A stretch of DNA of 64,000 nt. Source: Paraspadella gotoi (taxonomy: Eukaryota > Animalia > Chaetognatha). Location: NCBI GenBank assembly GCA_051294375.1, contig CM119266.1, forward strand, positions 21,953,875-22,017,874. Direction: 5' to 3'. The translations under genes and the position numbers were made by a program. The notes beneath the pieces were generated by a model, which saw only the letters and a program-made list of their open reading frames with translations, did no database searches and was not told the origin of the DNA. This document shows, piece after piece, positions 11,912-31,162 of this stretch (within the stretch, counting starts at the first letter, position 1; every line of letters begins with the position of its first letter).

Positions 11912-14109
11912 CTTTGGCGAAACTGAGTCTGATGCCGGAAGAGGGTTAGTGACCCGACGGCCAGACAACGACGCTGGCGGGCAGCGAACGGCGTCAGCGG
12001 ACGCGGCAGCGATGGAAGCGTTGTACGGTAGCAGCGGCAGCAGCGGCGACGGCGGCTTCCGCTCGCCGTCCAGCGTCACACCCAGACGTCGTTACCCTAC
12101 ATGTTGAAGCTGAGAACGCCGCTGCCGCCGTTACAAATCGAATACCGTCTAAAGGAATGAACCGACTCGCCCAGGACCCAGTAATTCCAATGTTTTTGTC
12201 ATATCTTTGATCGAACGGCAGAGAGAACATTAGATCGTCTCAGTCAGTCACTGATCGATAGCATGACGAGCTCAGATCGATGAGTTCTATCTCTTCTCAT
12301 CAGTCTACTCTTGCATCTCTCGAGTCGTCAGCATCGATCTTCTGCTCTCTCGAGTCAGTATGTCTCTGAATAATGCACGTACGCTGGGTATGACGATAAG
12401 AGAGAAAGAACAATGTCAGCTATGTGCTGCAGATGGGTTCATTCCTTATCAATGACCATGAGTTAATTTATCTAGCAGGTCAGAGTTATGCTACTAAGAA
12501 CGTAATATGAGCGAGCAACAGGAGCGTAAGATACGACTGATGCTCCAGTTTGCACGCGACTACATCTCCGGGATCTCGACGTCCTGCGGTCGTTACGCTG
12601 CGATCGCGGGATCGAAGCGCTCGAGAGATCGAAACATCAGAGCTAGAAAACATTAGGATACGCATGATTACGATGTACAACGCTAAAATCGCATCTTGCT
12701 GAGCGGCGTCTCCTCCGCTGAAACTGCTCTCGAACGAGTTTCAAGCTTGTAATTGCGCTCACGTACTTACTGCAAGTGTCGTTCGTTCCCTCTGGACTGT
12801 CCCGCCTACCGTCTTATAACTTCATTGTAATCTGGTCAACAGATTCTTCAGCGCGTTTCGCAAGTCTCTCTTCGACTCTGTCTTCTCTCTCGCTAGCTCG
12901 CGTGCTCTCCTTCTCTCTCTTCCTCTCCTCTGCTTATCTTCCTCATCACTTCTCCTTTCTCTCCTCTCTCTTCTTCCTCCTCTTCCTTTTCCTCACTGCT
13001 TCTCGTGCGGGCACCAGAACGGCTCGTTTGCCTAATATGCATTCTATTTTTTCTCTTGCATCTCTCGATCGCACCTTCCTGTTCCTCCAATTATTATTTT
13101 CTTAGTGTATTCTGGGGTACCACTGGGATCTCCGTAGTGATCATTACGAAAGGTATTCTAACCACTCTTCTACTGCTATAGTACTTTCTTATCTTCTATA
13201 TATTAAATATCAATCACTAATTAGACGCGTGGTACCACAGACATTCCGCATCCGATTTCTTCATTATCTCTAGTATCTCTATAGTCATCTTAGCATCTTG
13301 AAAAAGTCTCCCACTCACGGATATTTTCGAGTGAGCATTTGAATAGCTTTTATCCTCACTTTTCGTTGCCTCTTCGTCGCATTTAATATTCATATTATAC
13401 TGATATAATTCTATCCAAGTATTCTCGTCTATTATTGTAAGATGACCCTGATATATCTGCAGCAATTAATATATTATCTCCTCTCGCTCTCGTCAATCTC
13501 TCGCGTATCGACGCCAATCGACGATGACGCTATCTGCGATCACGCAGAGATGTTCACAATCTAATCCGATGCGAAGACTTTGGTCACCGTTCATTATACC
13601 TTACTTCGTCCCTCCTCTCTTTCGTTCTTATATTAATGTATGTGTTATTCCACTGTTTAAGTCCTAACTTTACGTTCGTTGTTTCTCTGAATGTAGAGGT
13701 GACTGACAATCGAATGATATCATCCGTTTAAATCACTTAAACTTATGACAGCAGTTCGATCTCCTGTTCTAACACTGTAGAGGAACCGAGCAGCTTGAAC
13801 CCGTGCTGACATACGCAGAATTTCGGAGCGTCATAAATCTGCTCTTATATTTTCTCTTTGTTACGGTATCGGAAGAGGATAACCTCGAGTATTATTGTAC
13901 GGACTGAGATACCAGCGGACGATCTAATGGTAGAATGATGCTCATGTCTTATGAGGGTCTCTGGAACTCAGAGAGTCCGACCGGCAATAGGTAATAGGTT
14001 GATTAAATCATCGGGGTGTCGGGAAACCCGGGACCGTGAGAGCGGATTGTGAGATAGAAATTGAGAGGTTAAATATAGGTAGTGTGTATGGACAGCACAA
14101 GAAATACTA

Positions 14110-18967
<4,858 letters not shown>

Positions 18968-18992
18968 NNNNNNNNNNNNNNNNNNNNNNNNN

Positions 18993-19027
<35 letters not shown>

Positions 19028-20337
19028 CAGTTGTCTTGAATAATGATCGCTGGGTTTACAAGAGAGAGAAATAGATTCGATGTACATAAATAATTATTAG
19101 ATTCGAGCTACTAAGAACGTAGAAGACTGACTGCTCAGTTTGAGCGCTCAACTCTCCTTCTGGCTGCCTCAAACAAAAACAAAAAAAATATAATAGAAAA
19201 AAGAAGGACTTTGAGACTAACGAAGAGTTCTTGCCTTATTTATTGTNNNNNNNNNNGCCAAGTCGGAGGCGAAGAAGCATCGAGGTCATCACGTGACCCG
19301 AAAACGACGTCTAATCTGCTTCTTGTGACTCGTGACTGCGACGACGACCCCTCTCCCTGACGACGACGACGACGACAACGACGACGACATCTCTGTCGGG
19401 GTGAGGGGAAGAGATAAGGGTCCCCGTGAGATTGAGATCGAGAGGGAAGAAGATGCGAAAAGGAGTTGAGTGGAGGAATGAAGAGAGGGGAGATTTGAAA
19501 TGGGGCGAAGTGGGAGGGGGTGGACCCGAAGAGTGATCGGTCAAATTGGGAGCGGGTAACTCTCAGCGATTGGCATAGTATTTGTATTTCTATAAATACG
19601 AAACGCAAAGATAGATTCGCAAATTAATTTGAGTTCAAAAGTAAGTGCGCCCGTCCTTCGAGAGATTTTTTTTTTTTCGATTTACGGTTTCACGATTAGA
19701 AAAGTTTTATCGTCGCCTTAATAAAGTTATTAGGTAATTAAGAAGTCATTTTTTATGATCAAGTTTTTTTTAAGACGTATTCATAAAAAACCGGTTCCTA
19801 AATGGCTAGAATTATGATAAAAAAACCCTCTAAAATCCCATGATTAATAAAACAATTTCATAAATTCTTCGATAGAGAAATTGTTTTCTCCTCTCACTTT
19901 CTCCCATTTCTTTGTTTCCCCTCCTATTTTTTCATTCCTCCCTACCCCTTTTCTCTCCATTCTCCATTTCTGGCGCCGAATTATATTTCCCTTCATTTTC
20001 CTCGTTTGTCAAAAGCGAGTTTCTCTCTCCCCTATTTTTTTGTTTCGCGACGACAACGACGACAACCGCGCGATATTCCAGCTCCAGAATTCGAGTCGGC
20101 GACTGAGAAGTTCTCCTCTGTTTCATATTCGTCATCCTTCTTATTCTCCTATCATAGTCTTCCTCTCTATCATCGTCATATCACTCGGGTCATCTTCGTC
20201 ATATGAATTGACATTTTCCCCCCCTTTAGTTACATCGTCTTTGTCATCCATGGTCTCTCTGACGTTAGCATACTTTTAAGATTCTTGTAATACCGATTAA
20301 TTATTTTTGCCGTCATTATATCGTTTATTGTTATTTA

Positions 20338-20379
<42 letters not shown>

Positions 20380-21132
20380 TCTGTCAACGTTGTTACTTTG
20401 TTTTGTTTCCAACGTCCTTTTCGTCTTCCGCCCTTCCGCTTCCAGCGGCGAAAAGGGTTTCGAACGGCAAATCTTATTTTACGCCGCCATGGAAATCTTT
20501 ATGGCCCCGCGCCGAGCGTTTGTGGCCCCGCACCGAGCATTACGCATGCGAATGTCGTCGGAGAAAATGGAAATTGCCGAGGCTGAATTTCCTCGGGAGG
20601 TCGCCCCGGCCGCCATTCGTCTCAATCTTCTTTTCTCTCATTTCTTGCTCATCCTCTCTTACGGCTTTAACATTCCTTTGTCTATTTCTCAACTCTTTTC
20701 TCAACATTTTTCTATTTATATCATCTCACTATCTCACTTATTAAATATTTTTTAATGCATATATTTTTTTTAATTAATAGTTCAGTTTAAAAATGACGTC
20801 AAAACTCCTCGCCTCTATAATATCAAATTATGACGCCTATCAAACGCTCTATACTTAAATCTTCCTTCTATCTCTATACCTGTCACAAAGTGAGACAGAT
20901 AAACGTAACGAATCCTCCAAATCTAAATCCGAACGTAAGTAACGTGTCGCCGAAAATCCCCCCCCTCTCCCCCCCCCGAAAATTTCGATTTCCGCGACGT
21001 CAACAGTTTTTTTTCTTTTTTCTTTCTTTCTTTTTTTCCCTGGAATTTTTTTCCCCCAGGTCTCACGGGCGTCGTTAGTGACGATTCCAACTGTTTCTCG
21101 GGCAGATTCACGGCGTTTCACAGATTCACGGC

Positions 21133-21170
<38 letters not shown>

Positions 21171-22589
21171 CTTGAGGAGCGAGGTCGATGTCTCGGTTCC
21201 GTCGCTTCGAAGGGGAAATGGAGCTTCCATCTGTTGCTATGAGACGACGACGACGACGACGACGGCCGCGAAAACGCGCCGCCATTTTTTCCCCGCAAGA
21301 TGGGGAGAGCGAGAATAAAAAAAACAACGACGGAAACGACGACGATAATATCGATAAGATGAAATGTCAACACGGACCATCGTTTTAATGACACCAATGC
21401 TACGCCGCTTTCGAGTCTATTTTTTATACTTGCAGTCCCGCTATTCTTGCAGCGCCGCTTAGCGAGTTAAAAATTATGAGCATGCGGCGCCGCTTGGTAA
21501 GATTTTTAAGAAACCCGGCGCCGAGTTTGACTGATTTCTTCGTCTTCGGCGAATCTCCAGGTTTGCGAAAACAAATCAACGGGACAACCCCCCCCTCTCC
21601 GCCGCCTCGAGCTCCAACGCCGCTTCTCACTTCCGGTTCGACGCACGCGTCTGTCGTCTCCCGTCGCTCCCCGTTGCCAGGAGACGGTCTGACGCCAAAT
21701 AAAAGATGGTCACGTGATGTTCGTTGCGTCACGTGGATAATGTCGTGACGGTGGAGTAGTCAGAGTCAGAGTCACAATTTACGTATTTTGTAACGTATTA
21801 AGATGAGTTTCGTGACGCGTTGTACAGAAACGGCATCGGCTGACGGCGACGGTGACGACGCCGGCTACGGCGTCGATTTCGAAAGAAAGGAGGTTAAAAT
21901 ATTTCGGCGTCGCAATTTGATCAAATCAAAGAGGGGGGGGGAAAGGTGACAAAAATTTAAAAGGAAAAGTTTAGGAGCCAACAATAACATTCTTTTGTTA
22001 CGACGAAAAGAAATTCAATAAAATCCAAAAGAAATTCTTTTGAAAAATTAAGTTTTCCGCGAGGAGAAACGCCGCCGAAGCGAAGCGTTAGAAATCAACT
22101 CGAGACAAATTGAAAAAAGCCTCCGAACACCCCTGATGAAACGAGGGTTAACCAAAAAAAAAAAAAAAAAAAAAAAAAAACCATGTCCGCGAACACTCCT
22201 CCATCAAGAGTGACAAAGACGTTTCCACTCTCTCTCTCTCTCTCCCTCACCACCGCCCGCAATTACCACCACCCCTACTACTTTCTCTCCCTTCCAGACG
22301 ACCGTAAATTTTCCACTATTTGATTTTGATCAAACCACAATTTCGTTCAGGTGCGGACGAGAAGGATGCGATGCCGCCAGCGCTTTGGGAAGCAGATGGC
22401 GATGACAGGTGCGAGAGCTGCGGTGATTTTCTTGTTGAAGAGTACCATTCGCACCTGTGAAAGAGCGCAATCACTACGAAGAGAACTTACAAGCAGTATT
22501 TGCTCGATATTTGTTCTCCGTTTAGCTCGTGATGTGTATCATTAAGATTATTTATTCAGGAGATCCTTTCGACGTTGACGACGTATCGT

Positions 22590-22774
22590 CTCCTGCCGAC
22601 GCAGATTTAACTCCTGTCGACGCAGATTTAACTCCCTGCCGACGCAGATTTAACTCCTGTCGACGCAGATTTAACTCCTGTTGATGGCAGATTCAACTCT
22701 TGCCGAAGCAGATTCAACTCCTGCCGACGCAGATTCAACTCTTGCCGACGCAGATTTAGCTCCTGCCAACGCAG
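22590..22774. repeat. 21-bp minisatellite (ctcctgccgacgcagatttaa), about 9 units; duplicate at 28185-28368
   Basis: Directly visible; the minus strand translates as AGVKSAS heptads. Confidence 0.9.
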
Positions 22775-23429
22775 GTTCGATTATTTTTTTCATCACGCTT
22801 CCGTCTTCCGTCTTGAAAATCGTAAATCGTCGCACGTCTTTGACAAATCCGAAGACGTGAGACGCGCGTTAGGTTTGGGTTTTCTGTCACGTGACGTGTG
22901 ACACGGCGCCATGAACGTCGCTTTTTTCGTCGACATTTACTGTTACATAGTGACGGGTGATTTTTAGGACCGTGTAGCTAAGACTCGATAGCGGAACGGG
23001 CAACGTCAAACGGTTTGCTTAGCGACGCCGAGAAACCTTCGCAACCGCCACCCGTTTCTCGGCCCATTTTTCTCAGTTTCTCTCACTCTCGCCTCTTCCG
23101 CCCTTTCGAACCCAAAACAACACATTCTCTCTTCGTAGACATCGACTGGCAACGTGGGTTTCGTGGGAAAATCGAAAAAGGGGCACGACCTTTTTTTGAT
23201 TAGATAGGGGAATTGGGAAAATGGGGGTACAAATCTTTTCGACTCTTGTATCTTATTTAAAGTTTTCTAGGCTTTTAAAGGTTCAGGACTTTTCGTCGGC
23301 TGGTGACACACGACGACGACGACGACGACCGACATGACGACGTCTCAACGCCGGAAGTACCGATTGACGACGCTTGTGCCCGTGCGCGAGAACGACCTTA
23401 AAAACTGTTATGTTGAAACGTTTTCTACT

Positions 23430-23523
<94 letters not shown>

Positions 23524-23862
23524 CGGTCGAGGCACGATGCGAACCGACGAGCGTGAAGCCTTGAAGCGGAAGACAATGAGCGCGATGAAAAGAGGCGGGG
23601 GAGGAGTGAAGTGGAGCAAAAAAGGGAGGGAAGAGGAGCGAGAATGGGGAATTGGAAGCGAAAAAGGAGCTAAATGCGGTAGGATGGGGGAGCGAAAGCT
23701 GGACGGAGGAGTGAGGAGATAGGAAGATTTAAGGAAAGAGGAAAGAGAGAGAATGAAAAAAACAAGGAACGGTTATTCCAAGGTGTTGCGCCGCATTACT
23801 TTTCTTTTTATTTATCTTTTCTTTAAAAACAAAGACGGCGCCAGTAGTCACTTAGATTTGCT

Positions 23863-24032
23863 TTTAACAAATGAGCAACAAACTGTAGGCAACTTATAAG
23901 CATTTTTAACGTAAGTGGGACAGACCGACGGACAGAAATACCGCGGACCGAGAGACCGACCGACCGACGGACCGACCGACCGAAAAGTGACTTATAGAGT
24001 TGCTCCGCGAGTACTCGCGGCGCAACTAAAAA
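23863..24032 (+). mobile_element. HINE/DINE-1-like (Helentron-associated) non-autonomous element
   Basis: Subterminal inverted repeat gcaacttataag / cttatagagttgc; internal (GACC/GACG)n microsatellite; terminal hairpin AGTTGC-t-CCGCGAGTACTCGCGG-c-GCAACT followed by aaaaa. Confidence 0.7.
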
Positions 24033-24489
24033 TAACAAAAAGAAAATGGAAGGCGAAAACAAAAGGAAGACTATCGCAAAAGGAGATAAAAATAAGGGAG
24101 GAAAGAAAGAAAGGAAAGGAACTTTAAAAAGGAGGAAAGGAGAGTGAAAGGAAAATATCTTCCGCTAATCGTTTTGAACTTTTCCAAAGAAAAGTAATTT
24201 CTCTCTCTATAAAAAACAAATAAGCGGGCGATTGTTGGCACCTTCTCTATGGCGATGTCGGTAGATGTCGACCAACAGGTGACATGATCGATGTAGATTG
24301 TCGGCGCGGGGATGTCACTTGTCGGGAAGGTGCCAACCGACGTTAATAAAAGCATTCGAGAACAATCTGGATCCCGAAGGCTCTACGTAACAGGTGGTTT
24401 CAGAGACGGACTTTTCACGCCTCGCAGCTCGCGCCACGTCACTCTCGCTTCAAGTCCGAAGCGTCACAGTGAATCGCCTTCCCTCACTC

Positions 24490-24622
24490 TCACAATACTC
24501 ATAACTCATACCTTACCGTACTCACATTGAATCACCTCACTCTAACAATTACCTCATACCTCACACCTCATACCTAACCATACTCGCATTGAATCAACTC
24601 ACCTCTAACAATACCTCATTCT
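24490..24622. repeat. Degenerate ~65-bp C/A-rich tandem repeat; duplicate at ~30100-30230
   Basis: cattgaatca(c/a)ctcac(c)tctaacaat(t)acctcat occurs twice, with partial units. Confidence 0.6.
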
Positions 24623-25401
24623 CAAACTTACGCGACGTATAACGAGTGAGGAATAATTTTTTAAAAAATTATCATAAAAAAACAATAGCGACACGAGTCT
24701 CAACGAGACGGAGAGGCGCGCCCACATTCCGGCATTCATAATGCGAGTTCGAGACGCTGAAATATGCAGCATCGACGGATGCAGGACGTGCAGCTTTCGC
24801 GATGAAGGATGCAGCATTCGTTGGCGGGGAGGTGGGTGGAGGAGTGAAGCAACTGGTGTAACAAAAAAAAAAAAAATCTATTTTTTAAAATTCCCCGAGC
24901 GATGGGATTCGACTCTCTCCCGTCACATCAAACTCTCACCCTTCCGACTCTCCTCCCTCACCCCCCCCTTTATTCTCCCGCGCATTCCTCCTGCAGATTC
25001 GACGTCGCTCTAATTGAGGCCGGAATGCGACGCTGCGCTCGCTGATTGCTTCCAATCTCCGATGATTGTTGACCGTTAAACTCGTAATGATTGCTTTAAA
25101 ATTTACATCATGGAAACCGATATATATGGTTGCCGAAGAATTTAAAAAAAGACTTTAATCGGGAAATGAATTATATTAATGAAATGAATTGAAATATAAC
25201 ATTGGAGAAATATATATCGAAGAGAGGCGTCTCTTTTTACCCCTTGATTTATTGAAGCCTCGGTTCCTTTCGCTTCGGTCACTTTTGTTTCCGGGAGAAA
25301 AAAAATCGAGATTTTTTGTTTTCCGTCGCATCAAAAATGCAAGATGGAATTTTTTCCGACGGTAATAAAACCGGGAGGAGAAAGGCGGGATGACGCAGAG
25401 C

Positions 25402-25480
<79 letters not shown>

Positions 25481-25499
25481 AGAGAGAGAGAAGAGAGAG

Positions 25500-25545
<46 letters not shown>

Positions 25546-25701
25546 AGAGAGCCATTATTTTCCGCCATTCGCTTTCCCTCCCTCATGTCCCTCGCTTTCT
25601 GCCTAATTCAATAAAATTTTTATCGCCTTTCTTAATTAATAATTATACTTGTCGGGAAAATGATGGATCGATGCGAATTTTTTTATTTCATCTCATCTCT
25701 C

Positions 25702-25800
<99 letters not shown>

Positions 25801-26190
25801 CTTTTCTCTGTCTCTCTCTTTCTTTCTCTCTGTTTCATAACTCTATCTCCATCCCTCCGCCATCGCTTCTCCCGCGCTTCCTCCATTTTTTTATGATCTC
25901 CTTTCCTCCTTCTTTCGTCTGGATGGAACTAAGACAACCCAGCAGCTCCCTTATCCCGCCTCGCTGCGGCGCCGTCGGCGTTGTCGTCGTGCGGCGCGGC
26001 GGCGGCGGCGGCCGTTCCAACTCGTTAAAAAAGAGTTTGCGGCGGCGAAAACTGAACCTTTGAGACACGGAGAGAGAGCGAGAGGAAAGAGGGGAGGAGC
26101 GAGGTAATGATGGAAAGGAAAGGCTAAGACGAGAGAGAGAGAGAAAGAGAAAGAGAGAGAGAGAGGAGAGGGAGAGAGAGAGAGAGAGAG

Positions 26191-26241
<51 letters not shown>

Positions 26242-26753
26242 GAGACTGAGAATGACTTTGAATTTGGTACGTATGAGAAGCGAGCTTTGGGAACGAGACA
26301 AATGTACCGGGATAAAAAAGGAATCGGGTTAAGATGAGATTCGAAAAAAACAGAACCGAAGACGGAGAGAAATCAAGGAGATTCGGATCGAGGGTAGGGG
26401 TGGGTCGAAAGGGAAGGTAAGTGCGGAGTGAGGCGAAAACTTGGCGTAGAAAATGGGATGAAGGGTCAGAGGTGAAGGAAGGAAGTGAGAAGAAGATGAG
26501 GAGGATATTAGAGAGAATTGATGGGAGGATAGTAGGGAAGGTTAGGAATGGGATAGGGAGGTTGGGTAATGGGTAATACGGAGATCAAGGAGGCAGGGAG
26601 GCATGGAAAGAAGGCGTGGAGGCAGGGAGCGTCGGGAAAGGCGGCCAAAAGAATCTCGAGCAAAGAGAGAGAGAAAAAAAGCTGCGTCTGCATCTCAGCT
26701 TCTTTGCTGTCGTTCCATCATGGCGCCCCCATAGCCGAGCACGAGGCTCTCTC

Positions 26754-26840
<87 letters not shown>

Positions 26841-26935
26841 TCTCTCTTTCTCTCTTTCAGTACAAGCACTTAATGAGGGTTTCCAATTCTATTCGAACAT
26901 CTTTGCCCCTNNNNNNNNNNNNNNNNNNNNNNNNN

Positions 26936-29090
26936 GTCAACAACGGACCATCGTTTTAATGACACCAATGCTACGCCGCTTTCGAGTCTATTTTTTATAC
27001 TTGCAGTCCCGCTATTCTTGCAGCGCCGCTTAGCGAGTTAAAAATTATGAGCATGCGGCGCCGCTTGGTAAGATTTTTAAGAAACCCGGCGCCGAGTTTG
27101 ACTGATTTCTTCGTCTTCGGCGAATCTCCAGTTTTGCGAAAACAAATCAACGGGACAACCCCCCCCCTCTCCGCCGCCTCGAGCTCCAACGCCGCTTCTC
27201 ACTTCCGGTTCGACGCACGGCGTCTGTCGTCTTCCGTCGCTCCCCGTTGCCAGGAGACGGTCTGACGCCAAATAAAAGATGGTCACGTGATGTTCGTTGC
27301 GTCACGTGGATAATGTCGTGACGGTGGAGTAGTCAGAGTCAGAGTCACAATTTACGTATTTTGTAACGTATTAAGATGAGGTTTCGTGACGCGTTGTACA
27401 GAAACGGCATCGGCTGATTGCGACGGTGACGACGCCGGCTACGGCGTCGATTTCGAAGAAAGAGGTTAAAATATTTCGGCGTCGCAATTTGATCAAATCA
27501 AAGAGGGGGGGAAAAAGTTACAAAAATTTTAAAAGGAAAAGTTTAGGAGCCAACAATAACATTCTTTTGTTACGACGAAAAGAAATTCAATAAAATCCAA
27601 AAGAAATTCTTTTGAAAAATTAAGTTTTCCGCGAAGCGTTAGAAATCAACTCGAGACAAATTGAAAAAAGCCTCCGAACACCCTGGATGAAACGAGGGGT
27701 AACAAAAAAAAAAAAAAAAAAAAAAAACCATGTCGCGAACACTCTCCATCAAGAGTGACAAAGACGGTTTCCACTCTCTTTCTCTCCCCTCACCACCGCC
27801 CGCAATTACCACCACCCCTACTACTTTTCTCTCCCTTCCAGACGACCGTAAATTTTCCACTATTTGATTTTGAATCAAACCACAATTTCGTTCAGGTGCG
27901 GACGAGAAGGATGGCGATGCCGCCAGCGCTTTGGGAAGCAGATGGCGATGACAGGTGCGAGAGCTGCGGTGATTTTCTTGTTGAAGAGTACCATTCGCAC
28001 CTNNNNNNNNNNGAGCTGCGGTGATTTTTTTGTTGAAGAGTACCATTCGCACCTGCGAAAGAGCGCAATCACTACGAAGGGAACTTACAAGCAGTTTGCT
28101 CGATATTTGTTCTCCGTTTAGCTCGTGATGTGTATCATTAAGATTATTTATTCTGGAGATCTTTCGACGTTGACGACGTATCGTCTCCTGCCGACGGAGA
28201 TTTAACTCCTACCGACGCAGATTTAACTCCTGCCGACGCAGATTTAACTCCTGTCGACGCAGATTTAACTCCTGTTGACGGCAGATTCAACTCTTGCCGA
28301 AGCAGATTCAACTCCTGCCGACGCAGATTCAACTCTTGCCGACGCAGATTTAGCTCCTGCCAACGCAGGTTCGATTATTTTTTCATCAGCTCCGTCATTC
28401 CGTCGTGAAAATCGTAAATCGTCGACGTCTTTTGAAAATCCGAAGACGTGAGACGCGCGTTAGGTTTGGGTTTCTGTCACGTGACGTGTGACATGGCGCC
28501 ATGAACGTCGCTTTTTTTCGTCGACATTTACTGTTACATAGTGACGGGTGATTTTTATGACCGTGTAGCTAAGACTCGATAGCGAACTGGCAACGTCAAA
28601 CGGTTGCTAAGCGACGCCGAGAAACCTTCGCAACCGCCCACCCGTTTCTCGGCCCATTTTTCTCAGTTTCTTTCACTCTCGCCTCTTCCGCCATTTCGAA
28701 CCCAAAACACACATTCTCTCTTCGTAGACATCGACTGGCAACGTGGGTTTCGTGGGAAAATCGAAAAAGGGGCACGACCTTTTTTTGATTAGATAGGGGA
28801 ATTGGAAAATGGGGTACAAATCTTTTCGACTCTTGTATCTTATTTAAAGTTTTCTAGGCTTTTAAAGGTTCAGGACTTTTCGTCGGCTGGTGACACACGA
28901 CGACGACGACGACGACGACAATGACGACGTCTCAACGCCGGAAGTACCGATTGACGACGCTTGTGCGCGTGCGCGAGAACGACCTTAAAAACTGTTATGT
29001 TGAAACGTTTTCTACTAGAAAAGGAGAGACGAAAGAGAGAGAGAGAGAGAGAGCAGAGAGAGAGAGAGAGGATAACGAGAGAGAGAGGAG

Positions 29091-29122
<32 letters not shown>

Positions 29123-31025
29123 GAGAGAGAGAGAGAAGACGGTCGAGGCAACTGAGCGAACCGACGAGCGTGAAGCCTGAAGCGGAAGACAATGAGCGCG
29201 ATGAAAAGAGGCGGGGGAGGAGTGAAGTGGAGCAAAAAAGGGAGGGAAGAGGAGCGAGAATGGGGAATGGGAAGCGAAAAAGGAGCTAAATGCGGTAGGA
29301 TGGGGGAGCGAAAAGCTGGACGGAGGAGTGAGGGAGATAGGGAAGATTTAAGGAAAGAGGAAAGAGAGAGAATGAAAAAAACAAGGAACGGTTATTCCAA
29401 GGTGTTGCGCCGCATTACTTTTCTTTTACTTATCTTTTCTTTAAAAACAAAAGGCGGCGCCAGTAGTCACTTAGATTTGATCTTTAACAAATGAGCAACA
29501 AACTATAGGCAAGTTATAAGCGTTTTTAACGTAAGTGGGACAGACCTACGGACAGACATACCGACGGACCGACCGACGGACCGACCGACCGAAAAGTGAC
29601 TTATAGAGTTGCTCCGCGAGTACTCGCGGCGCAACTAAAAATAACAAAAAGAAAATGGAAGCGAAACAAAAGGAAGACTATCGCAAAAGGAGATAAAAAT
29701 AAGGGAGGAAAGAAAGAAAGGAAAGGAACTTTAAAAAGGAGGAAAGGAGAGTGAAAGGAAAATATCTTCCGCTAATCGTTTGAACTTTTCCAAAGAAAAA
29801 GTAATTTCTCTCTCTATAAAAACAAATAAGCGGGCGAATTGTTGGCACCTTCTCTATGGCGATGTCGGTAGATGTCGACCAACAGGTGACATGATCGATG
29901 TAGATTGTCGGCGCGGGGGATGTCACTTGTCGGGAAGGTGCAACGACGTTAATAAAAAGCATTCGAGAACAATCTGGATCCCGAAGGCTCTACGTAACAG
30001 GTGGTTTCAGAGACGGACGTTTTCACGCCTCGCAGCTCGCGCCACGTCACTCTCGCTTCAAGTCCGAAGCGTCACAGTGAATCGCCTTCCCTCACCTCTC
30101 ACAATACCTCATAACTCATACCTTACCGTACTCACATTGAATCACCTCACCTCTAACAATTACCTCATACCTCACACCTCATACCTAACCATACTCGCAT
30201 TGAATCAACTCACCTCTAACAATACCTCATTCTCAAACTTACGCGACGTATAACGAGTGAGAATAATTTTTTAAAAATTATCATAAAAAAACAATAGCGA
30301 CGACCGAGTCTCAACGAGACGGAGAGGCGCGCCCACATTTCCGGCATTCATAATGCGAGTTCGAGACGCTGAAATATGCAGCATCGACGGATGCAGGACG
30401 TGCAGCTTTTCGGCGATGAAGGATGCAGCATTCGTTGGGCGGGGGAGGTGGGGTGGAGGAGTGAAGCAACTGGTGTAACAAAAAAAAAAAAATCTATTTT
30501 TTAAAATTCCCCGAGCGATGGGGATTCGACTCTCTCCCGTCACATCAAACTCTCACCCTTCCGACTCTCCTCCCTCACCCCCCCCTTTATTCTCCCGCGC
30601 ATTCCTCCTGCAGATTCGACGTCGCTCTAATTGAGGCCGGAATGCGACGCTGCGCTCGCTGATTGCTTCCAATCTCCGATGATTGTTGACGTTAAACTCG
30701 TAATGATTGCTTTAAAATTTACATCATGGAAACGATATATATGGTTGCCGAAGAATTTAAAAAAAGACTTTAATCGGGAAATGAATTATATTAATGAAAT
30801 GAATTGAAATATAACATTGGGAGAAATATATAATCGAAGAGAGTGCGTCTCTTTTTACCCCTTGATTTTATTGAAGCCTCGGTTCCTTTCGCTTCGGTCA
30901 CTTTTGTTTTCCGGGAGAAAAAAAAATCGAGATTTTTTTTTTCCGTCGCATCAAAAATGCAAGATGGAATTTTTTCCGACGGTAATAAAACGGGAGGAGA
31001 AAGGCGGGATGACGCAGAGCGAGAG

Positions 31026-31097
<72 letters not shown>

Positions 31098-31116
31098 AGA
31101 GAGAGAGAAGAGAGAG

Positions 31117-31162
<46 letters not shown>

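Larger units (their letters stand above)
21366..26905 (+). repeat. 5.55-kb tandem duplication, copy 1
   Basis: Near-identical and colinear with 26936-32516, from gtcaacacggaccatcg to ttcgaacatctttg. Confidence 0.95.

Noticed and set aside
12893-13465. Minus-strand ORFs of 65 and 82 aa
   Set aside because: They lie in apparently error-rich sequence and show no recognisable motif.
19930-20275. Acidic, coding-like minus-strand stretch
   Set aside because: It needs several frame switches, has no consistent splice sites, and purine-rich low complexity explains it.
22590-22774. CRISPR-like appearance of regular short repeats (also 47870-48775, 51490-51678, 63464-63700)
   Set aside because: The units are contiguous with no unique spacers, there are no cas genes, and the context is eukaryotic.
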